From Glaucostegus cemiculus (Eukaryota), in assembly GCA_976551045.1 (NCBI GenBank), contig CDPCPM010000256.1:3782001-3846000 (forward strand): DNA of 64,000 nt, written 5' to 3'. The notes beneath the pieces are model-generated. The model ran no database searches. It was not told the origin of the DNA and saw only the letters and a list, made by a program, of their open reading frames with translations. Positions within the stretch are counted from its first letter, which is position 1. The number at the start of each line of letters is the position of its first letter. Positions 1-13,012 of the stretch are shown piece by piece. The translations under genes were made by a program, and so were the position numbers.

Positions 1-85
1 ACTGTAGGTTAAATTGGCATTGTGGTCAGCTTAAACATCCTGGGCGGAAGGGAGTTTTCCTGTGCTTTACTGTTTTATGTTCTAA
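1..85 (+). mobile_element. 3' end of an old SINE/CR1-type tail
   Basis: tgggcggaagggagttttcctgtgctttactgttttatgttcta resembles the gggccgaagggcctgt tail of the intact SINEs in this window. Confidence 0.5.
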
Positions 86-1649
86 CTGGAAAAATTGATC
101 TCACTTATTGCATCTGATCATAAGCTATTGATTCCTTAAGGGGAATCATTGCATCCTTAGGACTGGTGGGCTCAACTCCCAATATGCCGCCCACCAAAAC
201 GGTCACAGCTTAGACTTGCATATGGATAAAACATCGATGAGCAAGTTGAATTTCAGTGGAAGTGGACACAGCCAACAGAATAGTACTTTTAGGAGATGTA
301 GGAAGGAGACACAAGGGCTAAGAAGGATGAAACATTATCTAATTGCTATGGTTATTATCTACCAGATGCTGTACTCTGGTATAACCAGATACAAATCAGT
401 GCTCCACAACACAATCCCAAGAAAAACTTCCTTTCACAAACTTTGTCTGATGGAGCTCAAAATACCATACATGTAGCCAAATTATCTGCTATTCAAACAG
501 CAGCATCCCTTGATTTGCTTAATGTGTTTCCATTGGCAATAACAGACCAAGGCTTGTGTAGTGTAATGAAAAAAAGAATCTTCAAATGCTCAGCTGTCCA
601 ATATTTCAGAGTGTGGGACATTTTTATGATGATCCCTTGTAATTCCAATTTTGGATTAATTCTGATCGAAAGAAAAATTGTGGGCTCCAACAAAGCTCAA
701 TAGGCTATCATTTTGAGTTACGTCCATCTGAAAGCCCTTTATCTTGACTCCACTCGCCTGCCTTCTGTCTGTAATATCTAATTCAGTGTACATCATAGTG
801 TTGCAATGTAACTTGTATTTTCTCATGATCAAATCAAGTTTTCGTATGACTTTGTATTCTTGCTCAATTTTAATTTTGTGAATTCTTGCACCTCCATTAC
901 ACCAGTTATTCATAGTAATCTCTTTGAGCAATACAATACGATCAGTCTTATCCCATACCAATACTAGGAAGGTTTTAAGTTCCTCACTAATTTATTTTAT
1001 TCCGACTTTCTTTTGGGCTGCAGAATGCTGTTAGTGTGAGTCTCCGACTTTGGTTTTTGCTTGTTGCATGTAATGACCCTAGATGGTACCACCTGCTCTT
1101 CACTCCTTACCCGTGCCACCACATTTCAAAAGCAGTGGTTAAAAGTCCCACTAGCAGTTTGTCAAAACATTTATTTGTAACCATGACTGCCCATTCCAAA
1201 TTGCTTACTTGCACCATGATATCCAGAAATCTTTCAAGCCATGCTTGCATAAGCTGTTCAGGAATTGTATATTAAGCAGGTTTGAAACCTGTTTGCAAAA
1301 TGAAGTGCATGGAAAGCACCATCACTTGGGTATCATTAAGGATTGGAACGTTCCAGTATCAGTGGTTCACAGAACACTGCAGCCTGCGCTCTGTTTGCCA
1401 GCACTTCTGATGTCTGATTGTTGCAGACTTTCCATTAATTCTGCATCTTCTCTTAGATTGTACATTGGGATTGAGGATGACTTCTACTCTGTGAGTAGAA
1501 CAGAACGTGAGTTCAGAGGCAACTGAGGTCTGTATGACATCCACAAGCTCTAGCACAGATGGGACAGGTGTTTGGTGGGACCAGCAGATGGGTAGCTTGT
1601 GAGAGCATGAGTAGCTCCTGCCAATTAATTTGAGCTTCTGTGTGGTCCC

Positions 1650-2420
1650 GATGTAAAGACTCAAATCTTTGTGTCATTCCAAATGACTGCTCAGTGGAGC
1701 GGCACCATGGCCCAGAGATTCCCAGGAGTCGGTGGGAATATTGCATTTTTTTTTCTGAAGAGACTTTGATAGCATCCTTGAATATTTTCCTTTACCCACT
1801 TGGTAATCTCTCCCTGTGACAGAACCTGAAATAGTATCACTGATTCTGAACGCAAGTGTCAGCCATGTGAACCATGTGCCCTGAGTGTAATTAGGAACTC
1901 AGAGCTGGGAATGTTGACCAGGGAGAGGAAGATGTTGCTTCGCTTGCTAATGGATTTGAAGGATTTTGCAGAGACATTGCTGGTGGTGCCTGCTATTGGT
2001 AGTCCAAGTCTCATAATCATAAAGAGGACAGGAATTACTGATTGTTTTGTGATGGATTTGTGGTCTTGATCTTCAAGCAGCTTCTGTTGATCTGAGGAAA
2101 AGGCTGTGCTGTTACTCTGAAAGTGATGGTGAATCTTAAGGGGTAGCTGCTAAAATGTGGGAAGTGGTCCACATTATTCAAGATCCCATTATGGATTTTT
2201 ATTGTTAGTATGGTGTTTTACAGTGGGGGCAGGTTGGCACGGGGTCTTTATTTTGTTGATGTTGTGTATAAGGCCCGTCCTCTCATTTTTCAGTAAATGA
2301 GCTGATGTTGAATTTGGAGCTCAGCCTTTGAACACATGCACAAACAAGCATCAAGTGCACAATGTAGCTTAACTGATATCTGAATGACCTAGGTTCTGGA
2401 GTGAAGGTGATGTATGTTGA
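1650..2420 (-). mobile_element. Degenerate RTE-like LINE fragment
   Basis: Reverse complement resembles the 7990-8780 fragment and RTE reverse-transcriptase C-terminal coding sequence; many stops; boundaries approximate. Confidence 0.45.
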
Positions 2421-3044
2421 ACAATTTCCTATTGGTTCTATAGATGAATTCCTTTCTGGTCGGGCACTTGTTAAAGTTGAGGTGCAGCACTGATATGAGA
2501 AACATTGAGAAATGTGTTGAGGCAGTGATACACCGTTACTTGACACTGGTCTATGTCACTAACACATCAACTTCAGCATTCTTATGTATCTTAATTTCCA
2601 CATCTTCAATAATTCTGCCTTATGACCCCATTTCCACATTCATTAACTTGGATCTGATCCACTGTATTCCTCTCCTTGTGTATTTTCCATTGATAGCAAA
2701 GTCTGTTTTCTGTCGCCACATTGGAGAGCCCTCTTCCCTGGTACCTTTGACTTGCCTCATGCCCTCTGTTTCATGTATATTTTTAACATCATCTCCAGTT
2801 CTACAGGCACTTCTTCCTATGTGTATCTTCCATTGTGAGCATGTGATTCCATTTTGTACCAAATTCACTGTTAAATCTAATTCACATTGATAGAATTTTC
2901 AGGATCATTTAAAGACAAGTTGTTCTGAAAAGTGCAATCAAGTACTAATGTTAACTGACAGTTTGAAGAAAATATTCAGTTTGAAGTGTTGCACTTGATT
3001 TTTAAAATGCTAACATGCTTCTTTTTTTTCCTCCCCGTTTGAAG

Positions 3045-3150
3045 ATTGCTGCTAAAATAGATGCTGGGTCACATCTGAACAATTCTACTCCTGTGGTAGA
3101 TCCTGCTGTCTATGGCTATGGGACTCAGAAACGGACACTGGACGATGGGG
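3045..3150 (+). CDS. FUBP3: FUBP3 exon 2 (106 nt): IAAKIDAGSHLNNSTPVVDPAVYGYGTQKRTLDDG
   Basis: Pyrimidine tract + gaag acceptor; g|gtaagc donor; phase 0 to 1. Confidence 0.95.
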
Positions 3151-5399
3151 GTAAGCCAGTGTGTTGAGCAAACCTGACAGCACTTGTATTTTCTTGTTGC
3201 TTGACGGGGTATTTTGATGTTGGAGATATTTTGTTCTGACTGTATTTGCACAGTTTTTGGTAGTTTAAAATCTTGTCAAATAGGGCATAGGTTAAAATGT
3301 TGAAGCCCTAGTATATTGGTCTGGGCTAATCACCTTCTGTATGACTGATATGGCTGTAGCACAGCACCTATGGATTTTTAAGATGATTAGAATAAAAAAA
3401 AAGATCAGAGTGTATTGCTGTGAAATCTCCTTTAAGTTGATGGATCAGGTGATGTGTTATTGTGTTCCATGTCTTCTATTTTATCAACAATCTCCAACCT
3501 ATGCTGCAGGTTGATGATAGATCTACAAAGACTACACTTGTACTGTTTTTGCAATCTGCTTAGTGTATGTTGTAAATGCCACAACTTGGTCACCACAGCT
3601 ACTTTTGGGCCAGAATCCCAATTCTTCTTTGGTTGCAGGCTCGGTGGAAAAACTTGACTTGTTGGGCACTGATGTATTTCTAAAGTTTGTGGATAACGAA
3701 TAAAGAGCATTTTATAACTGAGTCATAATTTGGCTTGTCAAGTTTGAATATGGCACTGCGGCTTGTCTTGCTTTTGAAATGCAGTAAGCTTCCATAGCTC
3801 TGTTAGGTTTTCCAACTATGACTTTGGCTTCCAGTTGTTGGGAGAAATTCTGGGGAGTTAGTACCTTTGTACTTTCCCTTCAGTGCTGCTAACCCCTCCA
3901 CTTTCTCTGATAATTGTAGGCTCTTAAGGAGACATTTGTTCACTGTAGTTGACAATGGATCTCTCACCTAATGTTTATCTTGAGCAGTCCTTTTGTGCTC
4001 CTCAGAGGTTTGAAGGTTATTGGAGTTGGGCTGGATCTCAGGGCTGATACTGTTAATGACCATAGATGTTCAAAACACTCAATTGGCCATTAAGGTCTGG
4101 CTGAGTCTAATAAATCTTATCAGAGGTCTTCGCTGATTACCTTCAGAAGGTCTAGGGTCTTTGTTGTCTGACCAGGAGCATATTCTTTTCTGTGGCTATG
4201 AGGAATGCAGTTCTTGGCTGATAAAATGATAGTGTTCCAGTGTTTTGAATCACTACTATTATAAAGGCTTCCCTTTTTAAATATTCCAGTTGACTTTGGT
4301 CAGTTTCCAGCATAGGATTCATTTTGACTGAATCACTGGGATTTCATTGTTGAAGTCACTGATTATGGGTGACACCATTTTATAAGGTGAGCATGTTGAA
4401 GTTTGTGTAATGTGTTCCCTACTTGATCTTTAAAGATTTTGGTTAGAACTGCATTGCAGTTGCATTGCTACCATGCAGTGCAATGCTTGTGGTTGGCTTG
4501 GAGTAGATCTTCCGTGAATATTGCTTGTGAGAGATTTGCCATCCATTGGTGTGGTAGCTGTTGAAATATCAATGTACAGACTGGTGCACTGGCATGAATT
4601 GGCCTGGTGTGGTAAATCATGTTTATGTCATATATGGTGTGACACTCAGACTTCTGTAAGGTACTGAAAGGAAACCTGCTGCTGCCCTTGTTGTACAGCT
4701 TAGACAAGAGATAAGTATATGCTGGTTATACCAATGTGAGAAGTTGGTTTGAGACTTTCTGGAGCAGAGAAACTAATCACTGAACAATCTGGCTCTATTG
4801 CTTCTGTGTCCATTAATATTTTCTTTTTTTCCTCCTTCATGATTCCAGAAATGTTTGCTGAGTTGTTTTTACAATGGAACATGTTTCATTAGGAGCAGAT
4901 ACTGCTATTGCTATTCGATAATTGTTTCATCCCAAAGATTTTGCTTTCATTCTTGCACACTTCCACCATCATGTACAATGATAATAGAGATGTAAAGCTA
5001 TAATATATTCTCTACTGAATTTATTTTAATAGATGGATTTCAGTTACTTAAAATCTGTGCATTTGCTGGGCCGTGAGTGTCATTGGCAAGGCCAGCATTT
5101 ATTGCTCATCCCTAATTATACTTGAGAAGTTTGGTGACTCAGCTTCAGCAAGTGTCAAGTAAAATGATAGCATTGCACCTGTCACCAAATTTGACAATGT
5201 TGGGGCTGGTCCTTGAGGGGAGTGTTGCATTTTAGAGAAGGGTTGGGAGGTCAGTGGATTAGAGTGAGTAAGAGCATTGGAAAAATTGAGACAACTAGTG
5301 ACATTGGAAACACCAGACCTAGATTGGGTGACCCACTTTGCAGAGTACATCCACTCAATACCTACAATGACCCTGAAATTCCAGTTGTCTGTGCTTTTA

Positions 5400-5570
5400 G
5401 TTTGCTATCCTGCTCCCATCTGATCTGTTTGTTTGACTTTTAACTTTCCAATTTCTGATAATAGGTCATCTACCTGAAATGTTAAGTGCATTTCTCTCTC
5501 CACAGATACTGCTTGGCCTACTGAGTAGTTTTTCCTCATTTTTATTTCAGATTTTCAGCATTTGTTTGTA
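5400..5570 (-). mobile_element. Penelope-associated short interspersed repeat
   Basis: cctgaaatgttaa...ctctctccacagatactgcttggcctactgagt...ttttatttcagattttcagcat; related copies at 16755, 17090, 34900, 43687 and 46345. Confidence 0.55.
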
Positions 5571-5659
5571 TTACTTTTTGATAATAAAGTATTTCGAAAA
5601 GGTTTTGCTCTATTCACCTGCTTTTTCTGCATTTAAATTCTGAATCGGTGATATCAGGT

Positions 5660-6030
5660 TAAATAGCATGCAAAACTATGACAGATGGGATATATGGGGA
5701 ATGAGGTTATACACATTGGTGGCAGGAATAGATAAACAGAATATTTTAATAGTGAGTTTTTTGAGTGTTGGTCTTTGGAGATCTTTATCTTTTTATACAA
5801 AGTTTATATGCAAGTACAGGAAGAAATTGGGAATGCGAATAGGGTGTTTGCCCTTATTGCAAGGAGGGCCATTTCTGCAGCTGTGCAGGACCGTGAGACC
5901 ACATCTTGAGTACTGTGCGTAGTTTTGTCATCTTGATTAAGGAAGGCTATATTTGGAGGCAGAGTAGAGAATGTCGTATAGATTTTTGGGCGTGAAGAGT
6001 TGTCTAAATAGGAAAGATGAACCAGATTGG
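5660..6030 (+). mobile_element. CR1-type LINE RT fragment
   Basis: Translation contains VRPHLEYC, the CR1 LVRPHLEYCVQFW motif. Confidence 0.7.
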
Positions 6031-6059
6031 CTTACAATAAAGGTTAACATAACATATGC

Positions 6060-6260
6060 CCTCTTAATTCATTGCTGTGCCTGATGTTGATCTTCAGTAA
6101 CTTGCATATGAGCATGTCCAGGTCCCTTGCCCACTGACTCTGCTTGTGCGTGTACCTGTGAAACCGCTTTACATCCTCCTCTGTGCTCAATTCCACCTAG
6201 TTTAATACTGTCAGCAAACTTTGAAATGAGGTTTGGTCCCTGTTGATATAGATATGATAA
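6060..6260 (-). mobile_element. CR1-type LINE RT fragment
   Basis: Minus-strand ORF contains ISKFADSIKLGG, a decayed SKFADDTKLGG catalytic region. Confidence 0.7.
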
Positions 6261-7504
6261 TATTACCAGCATATTACTTTGAGATGTGTCCTAGAAGTTT
6301 ATAGGCACTGCTTCCAATAAAATATATATATTTTTTAAAAGGTTAACTTCATCCTAGGTTTGCTAGCAGTTTTCTTAGTAATTTTAAGCATATTTTCATC
6401 CTTTCAGTTCATTATGGAATGTCTAGTTTTGTTTTTACTATCATTTGATTTGGACCTACATTCAGAAATTGATGTCTCTTTGATTATGTTAAGGTTATGA
6501 ATTATATTCAATCTTTGTTCCCATTGCATCTTGATCTGGATTATATTCTGTCTTTGACCATTTTTTCATGACCTTGGAATACCTTGCATTTTTCCTGAGC
6601 TAGCAGCTCTCTTAATTCAAGTTGATGCTAAATTCACTCTTGAAAATATTGCCTTCACAGTGGGGCTTTATCTTTCACCTTAGTTATTTCAGTTAAGATA
6701 ATTTACATCTTTTCAATCTTGTACTTTTTTTAAATAAAAACTTTGCAGACTTATTTGCAGGTACAGCCTGTTGGGATAATGCTGAATAACCATGCTTTGT
6801 AGATAGTCTTCAGGGAAGTATGTGTTTAAAGCCTAAATGTAATACTTATACAGGGCATGCTTTGATTTGGTGTACGTGGAGCTCTTTCATTTGAGTTCAA
6901 CATTATACCATATTTACTGATATCTACCTGTTTAGTAAATTGCATCTTTCTTGATTTGCCACTGACAATTGCCTTGTCAGATGGATGGAAGCAGATGGAT
7001 TTTAGTTGTTGCTAAGCCATTTATTATAATTATTGATAGTTACCTATTTTTATTTTATTGAGCTGCAGTTTTTCCCCTCTAATATAGAATAGCAATAGTT
7101 GATTTTTGTTTATGGAACGATTGCATCTGAAAATGCAGCCTTAACAGAATTTATTTTACTTCTGATATTCCAGTACCTTGCCGCAAATATTGTCAACAAA
7201 ATTGAAATTATCCAATCCAATCTTCAGCATTAGTTTAAGTGATATTTTTAAATCCCCGAAAAAAATTCAATTAAATTAATCAGGTTAAATCTTCCCGACT
7301 GTGATAAGGAAAATCATAAGGATCTTCCAAGGCTGGCTCCTTCCAGTGTCTGAAGAGCACTTCCTAGAGTCGCATTGTGATTACAATGACCATGACCTTC
7401 ATTGACCAATAAGTCCAAGAAAAATGTAGCTGTGTATGGCCTTTTTTGGATTGCAAAAGCATTCAAGTCTGACAAAGGGTGATTATTGGAGAATCCTTCT
7501 CAAA

Positions 7505-7765
7505 GCGTAGCGCAGCACAATAGCGTAGCGGTTAGTGCAACGCTGTTACAGCGCCAGCGATCAGGGTTCGATTCCCGCGCTGTCTGTAAGGAGCTTGTAC
7601 GTTCTCCCGTGTATGCATGGGTTTCCTCCGGGTGCTCCGGTTTCCTCCCACATTCTAAAGACGTACGGGCAGGTTAATCTGGGGTGTTTAAAATGGGCGG
7701 CGTGGACTCTTTGGGCCGAAAGGGCCTGTTACCATGCTGTAAATAAAATTTAATTTAATTAAAAA
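7505..7765 (+). mobile_element. tRNA-derived V-domain SINE (HE1-like), young copy
   Basis: A box (tagcgtagcggtt), B box (ggttcgattccc), V-domain gtttcctccgggtgctccggtttcctcccaca, CR1-like tail gggccgaaagggcctgtt, AT-rich end; CpGs retained. Confidence 0.9.
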
Positions 7766-7989
7766 TTGACTGTTCTCAGAAATTATTTACCAATCTACGT
7801 CTGCAACATGCCATTTTATCACATGAATTCTCTTCTCAATATCCTGTCCTACAGTACTAAATCTTGTCTCCTTGAGCTTTCTCTTGGATTTGAACAGTAC
7901 CAAGATCACCCCACTGCCAGTCATCGACTTTCAGTATATAGATTACATGTCCTTGTGCGTATGAAGCCAATATCTATGTCAATGTTGAT

Positions 7990-8780
7990 GACTTAACCGA
8001 AGCATTCAAGAGGATAGCCTTAAATTAAACACCTGGAGACAAATGTGCTCATTCAGCCTGTTGCTGCTGCATAATACCAACACCTTGACAATCAAAATCC
8101 ATGATGAAACCATGGAAAATGTGGATAATTTTTCATATCCAGGGAGCTACTTCTCAATGAAGGTCTACATCAATCATGAACCCTTTCATCAACTCCACTA
8201 CACTATCATAGACTTTGGCTGACTGGGGAAGAGTTCAAACACACAGACCTCAAATCTGGTATGAAGCAATGGTATTACCCAAGCAGCAATGATGCCCACT
8301 TCCCTGTCTGCTCAGAAGCCATGGACACTGGACATCAAACGCTCTGGAAAAGTACTATCTGCAAAATATTCTACATCTATTAATAGTTTAAGGGAACTAA
8401 TGTCAGTGTTCGCACCCCAGCCAACATGTCCAGCAATGACACCAAATTTTGGAAATTAGCTTCTTACTTTGAACTCCATTATAACAATAGATGTCCAGGA
8501 GGATAGAGAACATTTCAAGGGTATTCTCAGTCTCCTTTTGAGAGAGGAGGGGACATATCCTGGAAGACACCAAACACCTTGTATCCCTAATGGTGAGAGC
8601 ATGCAAAAGCCATGCAAATGTAATGGAAAGAGTGCATAACACTCTAAACCATGCTCTCTCCCATCCTTTCATCAGCCCCACCTACAGTAGAGTCTACAGA
8701 TCCCAAATGGGACTCATCAGCTGCCTTGGAACCTACAGTCCTGGAGTTGGAAGCAAGACATCCTGAACCTGAGTGACTGC
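7990..8780 (+). mobile_element. Degenerate RTE-like LINE 3' fragment
   Basis: Remnants such as gtggataatttt..catatccagggagctac (F.YLGS-like) and gggactcatcag near the 3' end; frameshifted. Confidence 0.5.
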
Positions 8781-8991
8781 TTTAGCTTTCAAAGCCTCGT
8801 ATCTGGCTGACTTGACTGATTTTTTTAAGCAAAAAGTAGTTGATATCATATTTCCAATTCTGTACGAAACCTAAAAAGGATTGTTGCATGGATAATTGGG
8901 AGGAGTGAGAATCTGCAAATTTCTGCAACTTAGTTCAAGTAAATCTTTGTATACCACAAAAACTGAGGAACCTTGTTATTAAACTGTTTTT

Positions 8992-9006
8992 GGGGGGGGG
9001 GGGGGG
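8992..9006 (+). repeat. G15 homopolymer
   Basis: 15 consecutive G. Confidence 0.95.
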
Positions 9007-9268
9007 ACTCAAAACCCTGCCAACAACTTACCACTCACTAAACCGTCCTTGTTTTCTGCTCTTGTCAAGCTACTGTCATAGTTCCTGTTGAACTGTGAAA
9101 CTTGCAGCAACAAAGTGACTATTTTAATAGATGGTCACATTTTAAGAAGATTCATTCTGTCATTACTTCAGTGTGACAATCTTCTTTGTTAACATGCATG
9201 TGATTCAACATGTAGAGACTGAATGACGATTCTGTGCTTTCTAACTTTAACTCTCCTTTCTCTTCCAG

Positions 9269-9299
9269 TAGTGAACCAACTTGGAATGGTGCATCAAAG
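9269..9299 (+). CDS. FUBP3: FUBP3 exon 3 (31 nt): VVNQLGMVHQR
   Basis: ctttctcttccag acceptor (NAGNAG cagtag); ag|gtaagc donor; phase 1 to 2. Confidence 0.9.
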
Positions 9300-10216
9300 G
9301 TAAGCATAGTATGTTGTAATTATTATGTATCTAGATTTTCTAGTTGCACAAGTTTTTGTAAAGCTTTAAGATGCTAACAAAAAATTTACTTTTTTTGGCT
9401 CACTTTTATTGTATACAGTCCTAATAGAAAGTGTGACTACAGAATCAGTGTCATGGCAGTACATTGCATGCATAATTAACATGGAGGTACACGTTGTATA
9501 CTACAGTTATATTATGACATACTTGTGATTATCTTTATATTGACTTGTGCTTTGTACTGCTTTTAAAATTTGCATTACATGTTTGCATGTGGCTACTGAA
9601 AGTTCCATAATAGCATGCTGTTACTGGATAATGAAGATTTAGTAATTGTTCTTGATTGGTATGGTGCTCCTTGGTTGTTAGATATCCCCTCACAATTTTG
9701 GAATTGAGTGGATCATGAGGGCACACTTACACCATGAATTTGTACTTCTCCCATAGTTTAGCTACCTTCCCCCAATCATGGCCAAAACAATGTTTGATAG
9801 CTGCTGCAATTATACAGGAATCCTAAAGTTTATTATGCAGTACTACAGAACTAAAAGCAAAGTTTGATCCTGCACATTTTGATCTAGCTCAGTCTACTTT
9901 TCAGTTGACCGGAAAACCTGCTGGTTGCTTATAGGAGGGAAGAAGGCACGTTTGATTTCTTTTCACCAAAATTACCAATGCCCAGGGCTGCCAAAACCAA
10001 CTGCGTTGTTGGTTGAAACAATACTGTCGTCTTGAAACTTTTTAATAAAAGTAGTCATCAACTTGGGAGGCAGTTAGTTTCTTTATGATTGACCTACGGA
10101 AATTTCCTCAACATACCAGAGATGTACAGTAGTTACACTGGTATAACAATGTACACATAAACCAGAATATTCTAATCTGTTTTTGTAAACTCTATCTTGT
10201 AAAATTCTTCTTTCAG

Positions 10217-10266
10217 GACTATAATGTCTGAAGAGTACAAAGTGCCTGATAAAATGGTTGGATTCA
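10217..10266 (+). CDS. FUBP3: FUBP3 exon 4 (50 nt): TIMSEEYKVPDKMVGF, start of KH1
   Basis: ttctttcag acceptor; a|gtaagt donor; phase 2 to 1. Confidence 0.96.
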
Positions 10267-11584
10267 GTAAGTATGGAATTTCTGTGGTGGTTTAAGTTGC
10301 ATTTAATTAAATGCAATAAATTGCATGTTAAAAACCTGTGTAAAATGTTTTGTGTGAGACATTAATTATGCTGATGATCTTGCCATTCTAGCTTATTCTC
10401 TAGTTTTCTGTTTACGAATGGGAGTCTCTTACTTCCTATGCAGCTGGGTGTTATAGGCATCTTTTAAAAATGATGGAGACTATTCAGTTTAACTATATCA
10501 ACACAAATGATCTGGAAGTTGGTTATCAGTAATGAATTGAGTGAAATTAGAAATTTGAAGTCCATTGATTTGTTCTTGATTTTAAAAAAATCGTTACATA
10601 ATGATAAACCATGGTATTGTACTCTAGATTTATCTGTATGCCAAATTCCAGGCATAGACTCTTCCTGTTCAGAAATAGGGTTTGTATGTGGTGGGACCTC
10701 AAAATAGTCTTTCCTCTGGAAGATTGCTTAATTTGCATTGGTTGTCTGTGGTAGGTTGTTGCTGAACATTTACAGAATGACCTGTAACATAGGACCAACT
10801 AAAGGTGATGTTCTCTTTGTCAAACATGTCTATTCATGGGGACGTCATCTTTGTCTTGAAAATCTAATTGTTACTGTGTAATATTTCTCAGTTTCAGCAA
10901 AGATGGTCCATTTGTATGAAGAAAACCTTTTAGATTTTTTTTACGGGGGAGGGGAAACAACTCTGAGCATCGTCATCTTGGCAGCTTATTTTATATGACT
11001 GTCCATTTTGCATGCGCAAGTAAGAACAAAGCTATGTGCATGTATCTGATTAGTTTACACATGGTTACTGGTTCAGAGGAATACAATTTAGTGGGTATTG
11101 GTTTTGAATGTTTGGCTGCAATTGCAGTTGACAGATGCAATTAATACAAAGGCAAATTAACAACTTGGTTTTCAATGTGTTAATTGGGCCTGCTAATATC
11201 AAAAATCATACTTAAAAATGAATGTTAAAAGGATAATCCAACTCATTTCCCCATCTTGGATTTGACAGTCTGCTGCAAGTCCTGACTGTGCTAGGTGGCT
11301 CCCTCCCTCATTGTTTTAACTAATGATGTTGTGTGATCATAAACTCTGTTAAACAGCTAACTTTAACTTGTCCTAATGAAAGTCTGATTTCTCTGAAATT
11401 AGATAAGCCTGCCATCAGCGAGGCTGCCTCTACTGCCCAGTCCCAGACAAGGAAAGCCTTTGTTATTAAATTGATCTCTGCAAATGAATTAGTTTCTTCA
11501 TAGACAAGAGGAGCAGTTTTGCTGAGTTAGCTTTAATGTTCTTGCCATCCTATTGACTCAGCTTATTGCTATTGTTCTGTGTAG

Positions 11585-11656
11585 TAATTGGCAGGGGAGG
11601 AGAACAGATATCTCGAATACAGATGGAATCTGGCTGCAAAATACAGATTGCACCTG
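11585..11656 (+). CDS. FUBP3: FUBP3 exon 5 (72 nt): [26 protein letters not shown]1 GXXG
   Basis: tgtag acceptor; g|gtaagc donor; phase 1 to 1. Confidence 0.96.
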
Positions 11657-11789
11657 GTAAGCATTATGCTGTTTAGTTTACAAATATACACATTAGAACC
11701 AAGAATAACCTATTCAGCTCCTAAAGCCTGTTCTGTTTCTCAAAAAAGTCATGGCTGGTTTGTTTGCAACTTCAACTTCACATTCCTGC

Positions 11790-12800
11790 ATAACTACTGG
11801 TAACCTTTTGCCCTCTTCTCAAGCACATCTACCTCCACTTTGAATATACTGAAGGACTCTGCTTGAACCACCCTGAGGAAGTGTTCCATAGACTCTCAAC
11901 CTTGAACTCCTTCTAGTGCATGGAAAAGAAACTCCCACTTGTCACCTCAGTCACAAGTGGGAGACCCCTTATTTGTGAACATTGACCCTTAGTTTTAGGT
12001 TCTCTGACGTGAAGAAACATGCTCTGCATTATTCACCCTATCGAGACCTTTCAGGATCTTATATTTCGGTCAACTTGTCATTCCGTCTTCTAACCTTCAG
12101 CTGATGCGAGTCAAACAGCATGGAAGCAGGCCCCTTGGCCAAGTCTGAAGTGACCATCAGGCACCCATTTACACCAATCACTGGTCTAATAAAGTCTGTC
12201 CAACCTTTCCTCATCACAGCCCTTCCATTCCAGGTAATTGCCTAATAAACCTTTTCCTGAATTTTCAATGCATTAACATCCATTCTTAAGTAAGGAGACC
12301 AGTACAGGTGCTCCAGACTTGGGTTCGCCAATGCCTGATATAACTCGAGTAACCTTCCATTTTCTTTTCCTTGAATAACAGATGCTAACCTTGTTAACTT
12401 TCCAAAATACTTTCTTTACTTGCATACCACTTTTGTGTGTCATGTAATAGCACATCTAAATCCCTTTGCACCTCAGTCTCTCCTCATTTAAAATGTTTTT
12501 TTATTTCTCCTGTCAAAATGAACAATTTACATTATATTTCATTTGCCAGATCTTTGCCCACTTAGTTTCCTTTTGTAGCCTCTTGGATCCTCTTCACAAC
12601 TGATTCTCCTACCTAACTTCCTCCAAGTCATTTATATAAATTGTAAAACATTTGAGGACCCAGCACCTCGTCGTGCATTGCATCTTGCCAGATAGAAAAG
12701 GCCAAATTTATGTCTTCTGTTTCCTCTTGGTAGCCAATCTTCTGTCCATGTCAATATGGTACTACTTAGACGGAAACCTTTTGTATTCCACAATAACCTT
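11790..12800 (-). mobile_element. CR1-type LINE 3' fragment
   Basis: ttcttaagtaaggagaccagtacaggtgctccag is the reverse complement of a decayed LEYC..FWSPYLRKD region; boundaries approximate. Confidence 0.6.
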
Positions 12801-12954
12801 TGCAGAACTTCATTTTCTGTTTGTTTTTAAAAGTCCTATCTTTCACGTTTGTTATTTACCATAAAAATATTTTCTTAAGCACATCTGCAGTTTTTCTGTG
12901 GTAACAGGCACCCTAATTTCTTTTGGGTTGACTTTTTCTTTTGCACCTGTCAAG

Positions 12955-13012
12955 ATAGTGGAGGTCTTCCAGAGAGGTCCTGCACGTTAACAGGCTCCCC
13001 AGAGAACATTGA
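12955..13012 (+). CDS. FUBP3: FUBP3 exon 6 (58 nt): DSGGLPERSCTLTGSPENIE
   Basis: tcaag acceptor after U-rich tract; ga|gtaagt donor; phase 1 to 2. Confidence 0.95.

Noticed and set aside
1-3044. FUBP3 exon 1 or promoter
   Set aside because: No CpG island or matching N-terminal coding sequence; the region looks like repeat-rich intron 1
7505-7585. tRNA gene (also at 18690-18760 and 40000-40070)
   Set aside because: The A/B boxes belong to SINE heads followed by V-domain and LINE tail; no full cloverleaf
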